Shown here in pieces: positions 1-13,400 of a stretch of DNA of 64,000 nucleotides. The translations under genes and the position numbers were made by a program. A model generated the notes under the pieces. It saw nothing but the letters and a program-made list of their open reading frames with translations. It searched no databases and was not told where the DNA came from. This DNA is from the human T2T-CHM13v2.0 reference genome, Homo sapiens. The stretch lies in the NCBI RefSeq assembly GCF_009914755.1, contig NC_060931.1, one strand, 5' to 3'. Each line of letters begins with the position of its first letter. Within the stretch, counting starts at the first letter, position 1.

Positions 1-128
1 CTATCCCTGTGCTGAATGCAGTGGACACAGACACCATCCCCAGTGCATTGTTAATAGACTTTATTATTTTTAGAGCAGTTTAGATTACTGCAAACTTGAG
101 TGGAAAGTAGGGATATTTTCCATGCATC

Positions 129-737
129 CTCACACATGCACACACACACACAGCCTCCCACACACACAGCCTCCCCCCACACACACACACAGCCTCCCTC
201 ACACACGCACACAGCCTCCCTCACACACGCACACAGCCTCCCTCACACACAGCCTCCCTCACACACACACACAGCCTCCCTCACACACACAGCCTCCCTC
301 ACACACACACGATCTCCCTCACACACGCACACAGCCTCCCTCACACACACAGCCTCCCTCACACACACACAGCCTCCCTCACACACACACGGTCTCCCTC
401 ACACACGCACACAGCCTCCCTCACACATGCACACACACCCTCACACACAAGCACAGGCAGCCTCCCTCACACACACAGCCTCCCTCACACATGCACACAG
501 CCTCCCTTGTACACACACAGCCTCCCTCGTACACACACAGCCTCCCTCACACACACACAGCCTCCCTCACACACACACAGCCTCCCTCACACACACTCAC
601 AGTCTCCCTCACACACACACAGCCTCCCTCACACACACTCAGTCTCCCTCACACACACACACAGCCTCCCTTGTACACACACAGCCTCCCTCGTACACAC
701 ACAGCCTCCCTCACACACACACACAGCCTCCCTCACA
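129..737. repeat. Composite minisatellite: (CA)n-GCCTCCCT, unit ~20-24 bp
   Basis: About 27 copies of CAGCCTCCCT separated by variable CA runs. Confidence 0.95.
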
Positions 738-855
738 GGGTATTTGCAGATATTAATTTTCCACTTTTTTGGGTAAAGACCAACACGAGTGACTGCTGGC
801 TCATATGGTAAGAGTATGCTTAGTTTTGTAGGAAACCGCCAAACTGTCCTCCATG

Positions 856-1102
856 GTGACAATCAGCCTAACAGTGGCCGTGCCATTTTTCACTCCCAGC
901 AGCTGCGATGGCACCCCCATCGCCCATGTCCTCACCACAGTGACAATCAGCCTAACGGTGGCCACGCCATTTTTCACTCCCAGCAGCTGTGATGGCGCCC
1001 CCATCGCCCGCATCCTCAGCAGCGCCAGGTGGCGTCCGTGTTCCCGCGTCCTCGGCAGCGCCGGGTGGCGTCCGTGTTCCCACGTCCTCGGCAGCGCTGG
1101 GT
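856..1102. repeat. 84-bp tandem duplication followed by 36-bp x ~2.3 repeat
   Basis: GTGACAATCAGCCTAAC at 856 and 940; CAGCGC motif at 1020, 1056, 1092. Confidence 0.85.
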
Positions 1103-2950
1103 GACACTTGGAGGCGTCCATGTTCCAGCGTTTGGCTGCTGTCATAGGTGTGTATCGGTATCTCATGATTTTTTATCCAATGCATTTTTCAACAATGATA
1201 TTCATCCTTATCTCCGTATTTAAAGGACTTCATGATGTGGGTGTCCTTTATTCTAGTAAATACTCAGCAATAAGGCTTGTTGAAGATGATTGTGACCAGA
1301 AGGAAGGAGCCCAGAAGCTCCCACAGATCATGCCCAGGTTCGCTGCTACCTGCTTGATTTTAAGGGGATACTGGATTCCCCCAAATATGGATACGTGCCT
1401 AGCAGTGAAATAGAAAATTAAGGAAATTTCTAAATACATCTGGTAGAATTGATTTTTATGTGGCCAGAATTTTGAAACTATTGCTTTGTTCTTCCGGGTC
1501 ACTTGGCTAATAGGCAGGACCCCAAAAGGTCTCTATGAACATACTAGAGAAAAGGACTGGAAAGTCAAATCTCAATCAGGAAAGCATCAGGTGCGATGAG
1601 ACTCCGGAGTCGGGACGCCAGGGGTGATCTACACAGCAGGGGTGCCGGAGCCAGAGAACCAAAGCTCCCACCAGTCCAGGCTGAGCTCCACCGTCTCAGA
1701 CGTGCAGTGCGGCCTCTGAAACAATCCCGGGAAGTGGCACACTGAAGTCGCCTCACCGCCGACCATTTAATCACCCTAGAAACCACCCAGAGCCCGTAAC
1801 CCTCAGGCCCCTCCTCTGCGGGACTCCTGCCTTCGTGTTCTTGGGACACGGCCAGGACCCCACCTGGGATCTGAGCTTGCTTGGGGTTTCCTCATGAACT
1901 CTCTTCTACTTCGGACTCTGTTTCCTGTGCCATGGCCCTGCAGCCTGTCGACATGACCCTATCGTCGAAGCCCGGACTGACCCGTCCAGCTCTGCAGCCC
2001 TGCGGGCCATGCTGAGCTCCCAGCTGGAAGTGCATCACCGCACCGCAGTGGAGGCAGGAGGCCTTGGGTGATGGAGCCCATCCACGAGACTTTCAGAACC
2101 AGGGTCCTGCTCTTCGTCCAGAACGGGCATTCCATGCGCAACCTTAATTCCAAGTCTCACTGCTGGCAACTGAGTTCAAATTGGGGGCTGTCTGAAAATC
2201 ATGGGAGATGAGAACAGGTTTGCCTATGAAAACTGTGGGCTCCCTGTCCACCCGTCCTTGGCTACTGTCACCATCAAAACACTCATGTGTGCAAATATAT
2301 GTGTACGTGTCAATCCTTATACAGAAACACGTGCACAGCTGCTAACTCATACACGCACATAAGCACAGCCGCTAACGTGTTTAACTGCCAAACTTACTGT
2401 GCATGCCCAAGGATGCCGCCAATCCAACATCATAAACCCTTCCGGCAAACAGACACTGCCCGTGCCTCTGCGCGGAAGCCTAACCCCCAGGTGCTCCTCG
2501 ATGACGGCTTCGTGCCTTCTCCCTCTGTCTTCCCTGCAGCGTTGGGTGCTCTCATCAACGAGGCTCATCATCTCTGTCCCCAGCATTGCCTGAGCCTTGC
2601 AAAGCCCCTTCCTGTTCTGGGAGCAGGTCAGTGCTATGCCTGCTGCTTGGCTGCCTCCGCCCCACACCCTCGTCCCAGGGAAGCCACAGCTCTGCCCTGC
2701 ATCCTGCTTGCATGGCCAGGCCAGGACAGCCGGGAGACACGCACACAGAAAAAGCAGACACTGCAGGCTCCATGCTCCAGAGCTTCCAGGATCCTGGGGC
2801 AACAGATGTTCACCACTGATGGTTCGGTTATAATTGTGGACAGGCTGCAAAAAAGGGCACGAGAGCACCTGACAGAGGGCACTGACCTCACCCAGCGGTC
2901 AGAGAACGAACAGCGGCCGACCTGAGGACATCGAGGACACTCCAGGCTAA

Positions 2951-3130
2951 GGGAGCAGCTCCGTGCATGGCAGCATCCAGCCCCGGTGGGCGACGGGGAG
3001 GGAGCAGTTCCGTGCATGGCAACACCTGGCCCCAGTGGGCGGCCAGGAGGGAGCAGCTCCATGCATGGCAGCACCTGGCCCCAGTGGGCAACGGGGAGGG
3101 AGCAGCTCCGTGCATGGCAGCACCTGGCCC
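2951..3130. repeat. 49-bp minisatellite, ~3.7 copies
   Basis: GGGAGCAGYTCCRTGCATGGCARCA at 2951, 3000, 3049, 3098. Confidence 0.9.
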
Positions 3131-3707
3131 TGGTCAGCCCCAGTGGGCAGTGGGGACAAGGCCTTGCAGTTCTGGATCAGGCAGGAGAGGACACCAAGCT
3201 GGTCAAGCCACTCAAGCAGATTGTGCAGAGCCTGCAGGAATCAGAGGCAGTGGCCTTCATCCCAGGAGCTAGAGGAGGCCACCTCCACTTGGGTGGTGTT
3301 CCAGGCAGGGCAGGCTCTTGAATGGGTCTGCGTTTTAAAACAGATCTCCCTGGCAAGGGCTGGAGATTGCCAGGAGCCCATGGCGGGTAAACAGAGCAGC
3401 CCCAACCAGGGGATGGTGGCTAAGTGAGGATGGTGGTCATGGAGACCAGAGACCTGGATAGACTGGAGCCATCTGCAAGGTGAACCTTAGGACAACACAC
3501 ATCCCTCTGCCGGCAGCAGCAACCAGGCCTTTCCACATGCTACCCAGCCCATGCACAGACAGGCTTGTGGGGGAGGGGAATATTCTGGGAGACGTTCTGT
3601 AGAATGAGTCTTTTTCCAAAACAGGAAGGAAGGCAGGCTTCTTGCTGCCCTGGCTGGGAGAGGCGAGACATGGCAGGCGTCCCCCGACAAGAATTCTGCC
3701 TGGCCTG

Positions 3708-3906
3708 GAACTCCGATATCAGGGACTCAACGAACTGGGGGGCCTCACACCCCCAGAGTTCTGGGATGCAACCCCCTTCACTGTGCAGACAGAAGGCTGG
3801 ACCCCACAGAACTCCAATCTCAGGGACTCAGTGAACCAGGGGGCCCCACATTTCAGAGTTCTAGGACGCAACCCCTTCACTGTGCAGACAGAAGGCTGGA
3901 CCCCAC
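3708..3906. repeat. ~100-bp diverged tandem duplication
   Basis: CCCCTTCACTGTGCAGACAGAAGGCTGGACCCCAC occurs twice (~3773 and ~3872), with similar upstream halves. Confidence 0.85.
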
Positions 3907-4329
3907 TGCCTCTGGGACCGGAATGGACAGTGCTAAAGACAGTGAGAGAAGGAATGCCCAGGATGCAGAGCAGCGGATGAACAGGGCCCAGGACAATGGA
4001 CACAAAAGCTTTGAGGAGCAAAAGGTTTGCTTAGAGACACTTTTATTAACAGTAATCTAGAATTGGGTGGTCAGTTTCTTTCATTTGAAAGAAAATATTG
4101 AGCATTTTCTGTGGTTGGATTTTTGGAGAAATAAGAAAAAGAGCTCATTTATCTTGGTAATTTGTTTTAAACAGTGGTCCTTAGAGCACTGTTCCCACAG
4201 GCCAAAGTAATTTCATTCGCAAGCGTCACTGTCCCCAAAACACAAACACAGGCCTCCTCCAGGACCAAGCTTCCAGCCCACTTCTATTCTCATATAGTCT
4301 GTGGGGCTGCATACCTCCCTCCAACCTTA

Positions 4330-4675
4330 CACCACACGTGTGTACACGGTGCATGTATGCACATTCATACCTGCATGAACCAACACACACATTTTCACAC
4401 ACTTCTCCCATGCACGGGACACTCACACATACACACACTCACACGCACCCACGTGAACATTCCAACACATGTACACACACACAAGTGTGCACACACTCAT
4501 TTGCATGCACTTGATTATGCAGACACACACACAGGAGCACGTACACACTCACACATTTGCAAACGTGCACACACACACACACACCCAGACACACTAACTC
4601 ATATACAGGTGCACACAAGCGCACATGCACAAACTCACACGCCCACACGCGTACGCTCACACACAGTCTCCGCAT
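4330..4675. repeat. Degenerate (CA)n/(CATG) low-complexity tract
   Basis: CACACA/CATGCA-rich sequence. Confidence 0.85.
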
Positions 4676-5511
4676 GGACAAGACGGCACCTCGCCTCTAC
4701 CGCCCTGCAGGACCACCCTCTCCCTGGTGACACCGTGAGTTCCTGGAAGGCAGGGATCACAGCTACAGCCTCTTCACGCCCCCACAGCATCTGGTACAGT
4801 GCCTTGCCCCCGGTGTGGACTAAAAGGATGTTAGTGAATGACTATAACTGGTATTTTCCCATTTGTCTAAAAGAAAATGGAGATGTCCGTGGAAGTGTTT
4901 AAGACCATCAGCTAGAAGCCTCATTTGTTGAAATCTCACATAGATTTACAAGTCCTCACCCCTGGCAGTGACCCACTTGGATGAAAGACTCACTGGGGAC
5001 CAAAAAGGTGGTGGTGGGGGCGCCCTAGGAGGGGCTGGCATGAGTCTCGCAAGTTCTCCGGTGGCCATGCGCCTCCACCCCGTCCCGTACTGTCTCTCTG
5101 CTTGGGCTCAGAGGGCCGATTGACCCCCAGCATTTCTATCCCCAGCTCCATAAGTGAAGCAGGTGATCCTAGTGGACCTCTGTTCTTCAGAGTAAGGGTG
5201 GGGCTCTGCTGCCCAGGGTGCCCCAGAGGGTCCTGTTGCTTGGAGATACTGAGCCTCCACTCTCTGTGACACCCATAGCACTGACCCAGAACCATCCAAT
5301 TGGAGCACCGGAAAGCTGTGGACCGAACAAGGTGGCTTTGATACCCCGTGAGGAAAGTGCTCTTGCCACACTTTGCTTAGGTGATACGCCCAGGCCTGCA
5401 CTAAACGACATCCCGAGTGACACGTCCAGGCCTGCCCTAGAGGATATCCTAGGAGAAATGGCCCAGAGACGCTAACTGTGCATCTGCTGAGAAACGTCAC
5501 TCACTGCGTTA

Positions 5512-5712
5512 CCCCACAATTCTCCACAGAGATCCACAGGGGGTCCCCCAGTCCCCACAATTATCCACAGAGATCCACAGGGGGTCCCCCAGGCCCCACA
5601 ATTCTCCCCAGAGATCCACAGGGGGTCCTCCAGTCCCCACAATTCTCCACAGAGATCCAAGGGGGTCCCCCAGGCCCCACAATCTCCACAGAGATCCACA
5701 GGGGGTCCCCCA
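5512..5712. repeat. 41-bp minisatellite, ~5 copies
   Basis: CCCCACAATTCTCCACAGAGATCCACAGGGGGTCCCCCAG at 5512, 5553, 5594, 5635, ~5675. Confidence 0.92.
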
Positions 5713-6942
5713 GCCAGGAGCATCTTCCTTCCACCAAACGCCGTGAACATGACCAGCTCCTGGGCAGGGACACCTCCTGCTTACAGGCGCCTGTGGCACA
5801 GATTCCAGTGAACTAACCATCTGCTTTTCCCCTTTTTCTAATATCTTTACCTACTTTTACTTATATGTCTTTTTTTTTTAACATTTCTTATTTATTTATG
5901 GAAATATAACAGGACTTGGGAATTAATGAATACAATATGATCACTTAATTTAGTATTTCAAAGTGAGGCAATTAGCTTAGGGCATTGTTTGAAATAACCA
6001 CAATGCGCATACCTATTCAATCATTTGTGTAAACAGCATATTAAGGTAAATGGTATGCACGTGAAAACTGATTTATCTCAGCTGCCTGGAAACTATCAGA
6101 ACAAAGTTCTTGAATTGTGAGCAAGAAGGGATGGGCAGAAAAGGCACCCCAATTACGAAGCCTTTGCAGATGAGAGGCGTGGGAGGCTGTATTCCGACAA
6201 GAAGGGCAGGCGAGAGACACCCGGCAAACCACCGGGCAGGCAGAGCCCTGGCGGAGCAAGCACTAGCACGTTCCAGGGCTGGGCAGGGACTGCGACCATT
6301 TCTAGAATCGTCACAAAGCCATCGCTGAGACAGACACTCAGGTTTGCAGAATACTGTCTACAGTAAACACCAAATGCATCCGCTCTTGCGGCTGCCAGCT
6401 GACCCTGCCCAGACAAAAGGAACGGGCAGTCAGTCTCACAGCAGCTCCCTGGGAACACACCTGGGAAGCCCAGGAGGGGAACGCGGCCTCCTGGGGGTGT
6501 CCCAGGCACTGAACCCAGAGCCTAGAAACAGCAACGTTGCAGGGCTCAGGGCGCACTTTCCAGAGAGAATGGGACCACATCCAGGGCCCCACAGGCCATA
6601 CCCGCCGCAGGTCTTGAGTCTGGCAGCCAGGGAGGGAGCACAGCCGCCTCTCATGAAACAATGGCACCCTGCTGTGCTTCTTCAAGCTGGTCTGTCACTC
6701 ACTCCCTCCCTGCATCCAAACAAGGCAAGGCCCAGAGGCTGCGGTCACCCAGGTGGCCAGTGAGCACCAAGCAGCACCAGTGACCCCTCGTGGCTGCCTC
6801 CCTGCAGTGCCAGTTCTTCATCCGAGACATCGCTCAGGAGCCCTGCTCTGGCTCAGGCCTGAAGATGCCAGTGGCAGACTCAGTCGGCCAGTGTGAGGGG
6901 CCAGGAGACGAGACACTGCTGCCCAGTACAGCAGGAGAATTA

Positions 6943-8112
6943 ATGCACACTTGTACACGTGTGCACAATACACAAGCAACCACGTACACAGACATTCACA
7001 GCATGCACACACAATGTATGCAGACACATGCACATATGCAGACACACAACCACATAATGCATGCACATTCTCACATACACGTCCTCACACATGCTCTCAC
7101 AGGCACACGTTCTCACACACATGCACATTCTCACATGCACACGTTTTCACACATGCTCACACACTCTCACATGCACACACATGCACATTCTCACACATGC
7201 ACACATCCTCACACATGCTCTCACATGCATACATTCTCACACACATGCACATTCTCACATGCACGTTTCACACATGCTCACACACTCACATGCACACACA
7301 TGCACATTCTCACACATGCACACATCCTCACACATGCTCTCACATGCATACATTCTCACACACATGCTCATTCTCGCATGCACATGTTCTCACACATGCA
7401 CACATTCTCACACATGCACATGCTCACACGTTCTCACATGCACACATACACATTCTCACACATGCACACACGCACACATTCACACGCACATACACATTCT
7501 CAGATGCACACACATGCATTCTCACATAAATACACATTCTCACACATGCACATGTACACATTCTCATCTGCACATACATGCACACATTCTCACATGCACT
7601 CATTCTCACCCATGCACATTCTCACACAAGCACACACATACACACTCATATCCACACGTGCACACATTCTCACATGCACACACACATGCTCACATTCTCA
7701 CACATGCACACATTCTCAAACACACACGTAAACATTCTCATATCCACATACATGCACACATTCTCACATGTACACACGTGCTCACACATGCTCACACATG
7801 TACACATTCTCACACATACACATTCTCACATGCACACACGTGCTCACACATGCTCACACATGTACACATTCTCACACACACATTATCACATGCACACACA
7901 TGCTCACACATGCTCACACATGTACACGTTCTCACACACATTCTCACATGCACACACCTGCTCACACATGTACACGTTCTCACACATACATTCTCACATG
8001 CACAAGTTCTCACACACATGAACATTCTCACACACATGCACATGTACACACTATCTGTTCTCACATGCTCACACATGTACATGTTCTCATGTACACACTC
8101 ACTACTCACACT
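6943..8112. repeat. ~1.2 kb degenerate CA-rich satellite (CACATGCACACATTCT-type)
   Basis: Continuous CACATG/CACATTCT/CACACA motifs; the His/Thr ORFs here are by-products. Confidence 0.95.
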
Positions 8113-8590
8113 CAGAATAGCAGAAGGAGCCCTCACCAGCCTGGGACCGCCATGCTCCAGGTGTCCTGCTGTACCAGGCTAGGTCACCCTTTCATTCTTT
8201 CCTGCCTCCCCTGCTGGGGTCCCTCAGGACCCTGCCTCTCTCCCACTGCCCCCTCCTGGTGGAGGCTGCCTTGCCAAAGTACCTTCAATCTGTAAATCCC
8301 AGTGCCCTGGGACACTGGAGCTGCCTCTGAAGTCCCCTCCCTGCAGGGAGCTGGCAGCGTTGCCAGGGTTCCCTCGGTCCCATGGGGCTTCTCAAAGCAG
8401 CACCACAGACGGAGGAGCCCACTGCTCCATCAGGGTCCCCAGGGGTGCAGCAACAAGAAAAAAATCTCCCCAGCTATTTTTGGAGGAGGGAAAAGTAATT
8501 ACAGCTCAGAATCACTGCCCTGTTGAAAGGAATTCTCCAGAGGGAAAAAAAGCCCTTTATCTGAACTGATCAAGCACCTGCCATGCACAT

Positions 8591-8654
8591 TTCTGCAAGG
8601 AAGCTGTAAAAGTGCTCCCATTCTGCAAGGAAGCTGTAAAAGTGCTCCCATTCT
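8591..8654. repeat. Perfect 30-bp tandem duplication
   Basis: TTCTGCAAGGAAGCTGTAAAAGTGCTCCCA at 8591 and 8621. Confidence 0.95.
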
Positions 8655-9101
8655 CAGGGAGTAGAAACTGCTGTCATGGCATCCAGTCATAACTGCTGCA
8701 AAAATTCCAGGAGGCCAAAGGTGAATCCTGAGAGACAGCAATGGCTTCTGAGGCCCAAGGAAGCAGGCACTGGCTCACCACACACCCAGGTCAGATTTAA
8801 GGAGCCGTTGGATCCGTGGGCTGCGTCCAAGGCAGGACTGCTGTGAAGTCTGAGCAGCTTAGTTCGTAATGAAACCTGAAGATAAGCCGAGACCCTATAT
8901 CGCTGGAAATTCCTTTATTTTCAAGGATTTCGTTACAGTTCAGAGCAGCCACTGACAGGCAGCAGAAGGCAGGGGACAGAGTGACAGTGCCTGGGAGCAG
9001 CCAGCACAGCCTATGCATCTGCAGAGCAGCGTGAGGCTCTGACTGGGGAGGAGCCCCACGTCCGGGCAGCACCTGCACCCACAGCGGGAGCCTCACTGTC
9101 C

Positions 9102-9600
9102 GGAGAGGCCAGCTTCCCTTGTGTGAGGAGCAGGGCCCCCATTCCTCCCACCACCCAGATCCCAGTGAGGCCTGGGATGGTATATCCAGGAGAGGCCAGC
9201 TTCCCTTGTGAGTGTGAGTGACGTCTGCAGGTGTCAGGTCTTATGGTGAGAGTGTGGGTGTGAGTGACATCTGCAAGTCACTAGGAGCGGGGCCTCCATT
9301 CCCCCCCCCCCGCCACCCAGGGATCCCAGGGAGGCCTGGGACAGTAAATCCAGGAGATCCCAGCTTCCCTGAGCGACAAGCGGGACCTCTGTTCCTCTCG
9401 CCACCCAGGGATCCCAGTGAGGCCTGGGACGGTAAATCCAGGAGAGGCCAGCTTCCCTTGTGAGTGTGAGTGATGTCTGCAAGCATCAGGTCTTATGATG
9501 AGATTGTGGGTGTGAGTGACATCTGCAAGTCACTATGAGTGGGGCCTCCATTCCTCCCGCCACCCAGGGATCCCAGTGAGGCCTGGGATGGCAAATCCAG
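9102..9600. repeat. Four ~88-bp units, the 2nd and 4th carrying an inverted ~70-bp piece of the 46-bp VNTR
   Basis: GGAGAKSCCAGCTTCCCT...GATCCCAGKGAGGCCTGGGA units start at ~9102, 9189, 9353, 9441; inserts at 9208-9275 and 9460-9527. Confidence 0.88.
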
Positions 9601-9974
9601 CGGCGCACAGCCCACTGCACCGAGGGAGGCGCACGACAGAAGCCACAGCTTGAGGGTGTGAGCCGGCAGTACTGAGGAGCCCAGCAGACGCCAGCCAGGC
9701 GGGGCAGGGGGAAGCGTGGCGGGTGGGAGGCCCTTCTGGGAGGTGAGGAGCAGGCTAGGAGGGGAGGACAGTGAAGACAGTGCCGAGAACACAGCCAGTC
9801 ATGCCTCCCTCACGGAGCACCAGCGCGCCCAGCACTTCCCAGCCTTTTACCTTTAAGGATGCCTTAAACCCCCACCCCAAGCCCATGAGGCTCCTCCTCC
9901 ATGCAACAGGCTGTGTGCCGAAACCAGCCCTGGGTGCTGCTGTTAGCAGGCGGACGGCTGAGAGGCGAGGAGGT

Positions 9975-10199
9975 GGGGCCTTCCTTACACAGGCCCCAAG
10001 GACGGCTCACGCTCCGGCCACATGAGGACACGTGAGGAGGCACCGTCGATGAGCCAGGAGGGGACTCGCCAGACACCAGACGTCAACCCTGCCAGGGCGG
10101 TGACCTTGGCTTCCAGCCTTCCGAACTGAGAAATCAATGTCTGCTGTTTCTAAGCCCCGCAATAGGTGGTACTTTGAGCAGCCTTCATGGACTAAGACA
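9975..10199 (+). mobile_element. MaLR LTR remnant (MLT1A-like)
   Basis: CCACATGAGGACAC...CTTCCAGCCTTCCGAACTGAGAAATCAATGTCTGCTGTTTCTAAGCC...GGACTAAGACA is the typical MLT1A 3' half and terminus. Confidence 0.75.
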
Positions 10200-10204
10200 C
10201 TGCG

Positions 10205-10310
10205 TATTATTATCCCATTGACGCCATGTGGAAATTAAGGCACAGGGAGGTTAAGGAACTTGCTCAGAGTTGGCCTGGGAGTCGCAACCCAAGATCTGTC
10301 CACATGGTCC
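10205..10310 (-). mobile_element. MIR fragment
   Basis: ATTATTATCCCATT...GGAAATTAAGGCACAGGGAGGTTAAGGAACTTGCTCAGAG, MIR core antisense. Confidence 0.7.
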
Positions 10311-10476
10311 CACTTCACCGCTCGAGGCTGTGTCCTCTACGGAGACTCACTTTCACTTTAGACTGTAGATGCCAGCGTCTGACTGAGAAAATGCGGTCAC
10401 CATAGCTACATGGAGTGACTGGCAGAGTGTCCTATTCTGCAACCAACTCACAAAATCCTCAGGTCTTGTATGGCGA

Positions 10477-13400
10477 CTCTCACCATAAGAGCTCACGCCC
10501 GCAGACGACACTCACACCCACACTCTCACCATAAGAGGTGACATCTGCAGACGTCACTCACACCCACACTCTCACAATAAGAGCTGACACCTGCAGACGT
10601 CACTCACACCCACACTCTCACCATAAGAGCTGACACCCGCAGACGTCACTCACACCCACACTCTCACCCTAAGAGGTGACATCTGCAGACGTCACTCACA
10701 CCCACACTCTCACCATAAGAGCTGACACCTGCAGACGTCACTCACACCCACACTCTCACCATAAGAGCTGACACCCGCAGACGTCACTCACACCCACACT
10801 CTCACCCTAAGAGGTGACATCTGCAGACGTCACTCACACCCACACTCTCACCATAAGAGCTGACACCTGCAGACGTCACTCACACCAACACTCTCACCAT
10901 AAGAGCTGACACCCGCAGACGTCACTCACACCCACACTCTCACCCTAAGAGGTGACATCTGCAGACGTCACTCACACCCACACTCTCACCATAAGAGCTG
11001 ACACCCGCAGACGTCACTCACACCAACACTCTCACCATAAGAGCTGACACCCGCAGACGTCACTCACACCCACACTCTCACCCTAAGAGGTGACATCTGC
11101 AGACGTCACTCAAACCCACACTCTCACCATAAGAGCTGACACCTGCAGACGTCACTCACACCCACACTCTCACCATAAGAGCTGATGCCCGCAGACGTCA
11201 CTCACACCCACACTCTCACCATAAGAGCTGACGCCCGCAGACGTCACTCACACCCACACTCTCACCAGAAGAGCTGTCACACGCAGACGTCACTCACACC
11301 CACACTCTCACCATAAGAGCTGACGCCCGCAGACGTCACTCACACCCACACTCTCACCATAAGAGCTGACACCCGCAGACGTCACTCACACCCACACTCT
11401 CACCATAAGAGCCGACGCCCGCAGACGTCACTCACACCCACACTCTCACCATAAGAGCTGAGGCCCACAGAGGTCACTCACACCCATACTCTCACCATAA
11501 GAGCTGACACCCGCAGACGTCACTCACACCCACACTCTCACCATACGAGCTGTCACCCACAGACATCACTCACACCCACACTGTCACCATAAGAGCTGAC
11601 ACCCGCAGACGTCACTCACACCCACACTCTCACCATAAGAGCCGACGCCCGCAGACGTCACTCACACCCACACTCTCACCATAAGAGCTGAGGCCCACAG
11701 AGGTCACTCACACCCATACTCTCACCATAAGAGCTGACACCCGCAGACGTCACTCACACCCACACTCTCACCATACGAGCTGTCACCCACAGAGGTCACT
11801 CACACCCATACTCTCACCATAAGAGCTGACACCCGCAGACGTCACTCACACCCACACTCTCACCATAAGAGCTGAGGCCCACAGAGGTCACTTACAGCCA
11901 TACTCTCACCATAAGAGGTGACACCTGCAGACGTCACTCACACCGACACTCTCACCATAAGAGGTGACACTTGCAGACGTCACTAACACCCACATTCTCA
12001 CCATAAGAGCTGACACCTGCAGACGTCACTCAAACTCACACTCTCACCATAAGAGCTGTCATGCACAGACATCACTCACACCCACACTGTCACCCTAAGA
12101 GGTGACACCCGCAGACGACACTAACAACCAGATTCTCACCATAAGAGCTGACACCCGCAGACGTCACTCACACCCACACTCTCACCATAAGAGCTGACGC
12201 CCGCAGACGTCACTCACACTCACACTCCCACGATAAGAGCTGACAACTGAAGACGTCACTCACATCCACACTCTCTCCATAAGAGCTGACAACCGCAAAC
12301 GTCACTGACACCCACACTCTAACGATAAGAGGTGACATCTGCAGACGTCACTCACACCCACACTCTCACCATAAGAGCTGAGGCCCACAGAGGTCACTCA
12401 CACCCATACTCTCACCATAAGAGCCGACACCTGCAGATGTCACTCACATCCACACTCTCACCATAAGATGTGACACCTGCAGACATCACTCACATCCACA
12501 CTCTGTCCATAAGAGCTGACACCCGCAGACGTCACTGACACCCACACTCTCACGATAAGAGGTGACATCTGCAGACGTCACTCACACCCACACTCTCACC
12601 ATAAGAGCTGAGGCCCACAGAGGACACTCACACCCACACTCTCACCATAAGAGGTGACACCTGCAGATGTCACTCACACCCATACTCTCAACATAAGAGC
12701 TGACACCTGCAGACGTCACTCACACCCACACTCTCACCATAAGAGGTGACATCTACAGACGGCACTCACACCCACACTCTCACCATAAGAGCTGAGGCAC
12801 AAAGAGGTCACTCACATCCATACTCTCACCATAAGAGGTGACACCTGCAGACGTCACTCACACCCACACTCTCACCATAAGAAGTGACACATGCAGATGT
12901 CACTCACACCCACACTGTCACCATAAGAGCTGATGCCTGCAGACGTCACTCACACCCACACTCTAACCATAAGAGTTGACACCTGCAGATGTCACTTACA
13001 CCCACACTCTCACCATAAGAGCTGAGGCCCACAGAGGACACTCACACCCATACTCTCACCATAAGAGCTGATGCCTGCAGACGTCACTCACGTACACACT
13101 TCTCACCATAAGAGGTGACACATGCAAACGTCACTCACACCCACACTCTCACCATAAGAAGTGACACCTGCAAACGTCACTCACACCCACACTCTCACCA
13201 TAAGAAGTGACACCTGCAGACATCACTCACACCCACAGTCTCACCATAAGAGGTGACACCTGCAGACGTCACTCACACCCACACTCTCACCATAAGAGCT
13301 GACACCTGCAGACGTCACTCACACCCACACTCTCACCATAAGAAGTGACACCTGCAAATGTCACTCACACCCACGCTCTCACCATAAGAAGTGACACCTG

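Larger units (their letters stand above)
46..1175 (-). mobile_element. Old L1 (L1MC/L1MB-like) 3' fragment, antisense, interrupted by tandem repeats
   Basis: TTTTTAGAGCAGTTTTAGATTACTGCAAACTTGAGTGGAAAGTA (~68-110) and GCTGGCTCATATGGTAAGAGTATGCTTAGTTTTGTAGGAAACCGCCAAACTGTC (~795-848) resemble antisense L1M 3' consensus. Confidence 0.7.

Noticed and set aside
100-8295. His/Thr-rich ORFs
   Set aside because: Arise from (CA)n-type low-complexity DNA.
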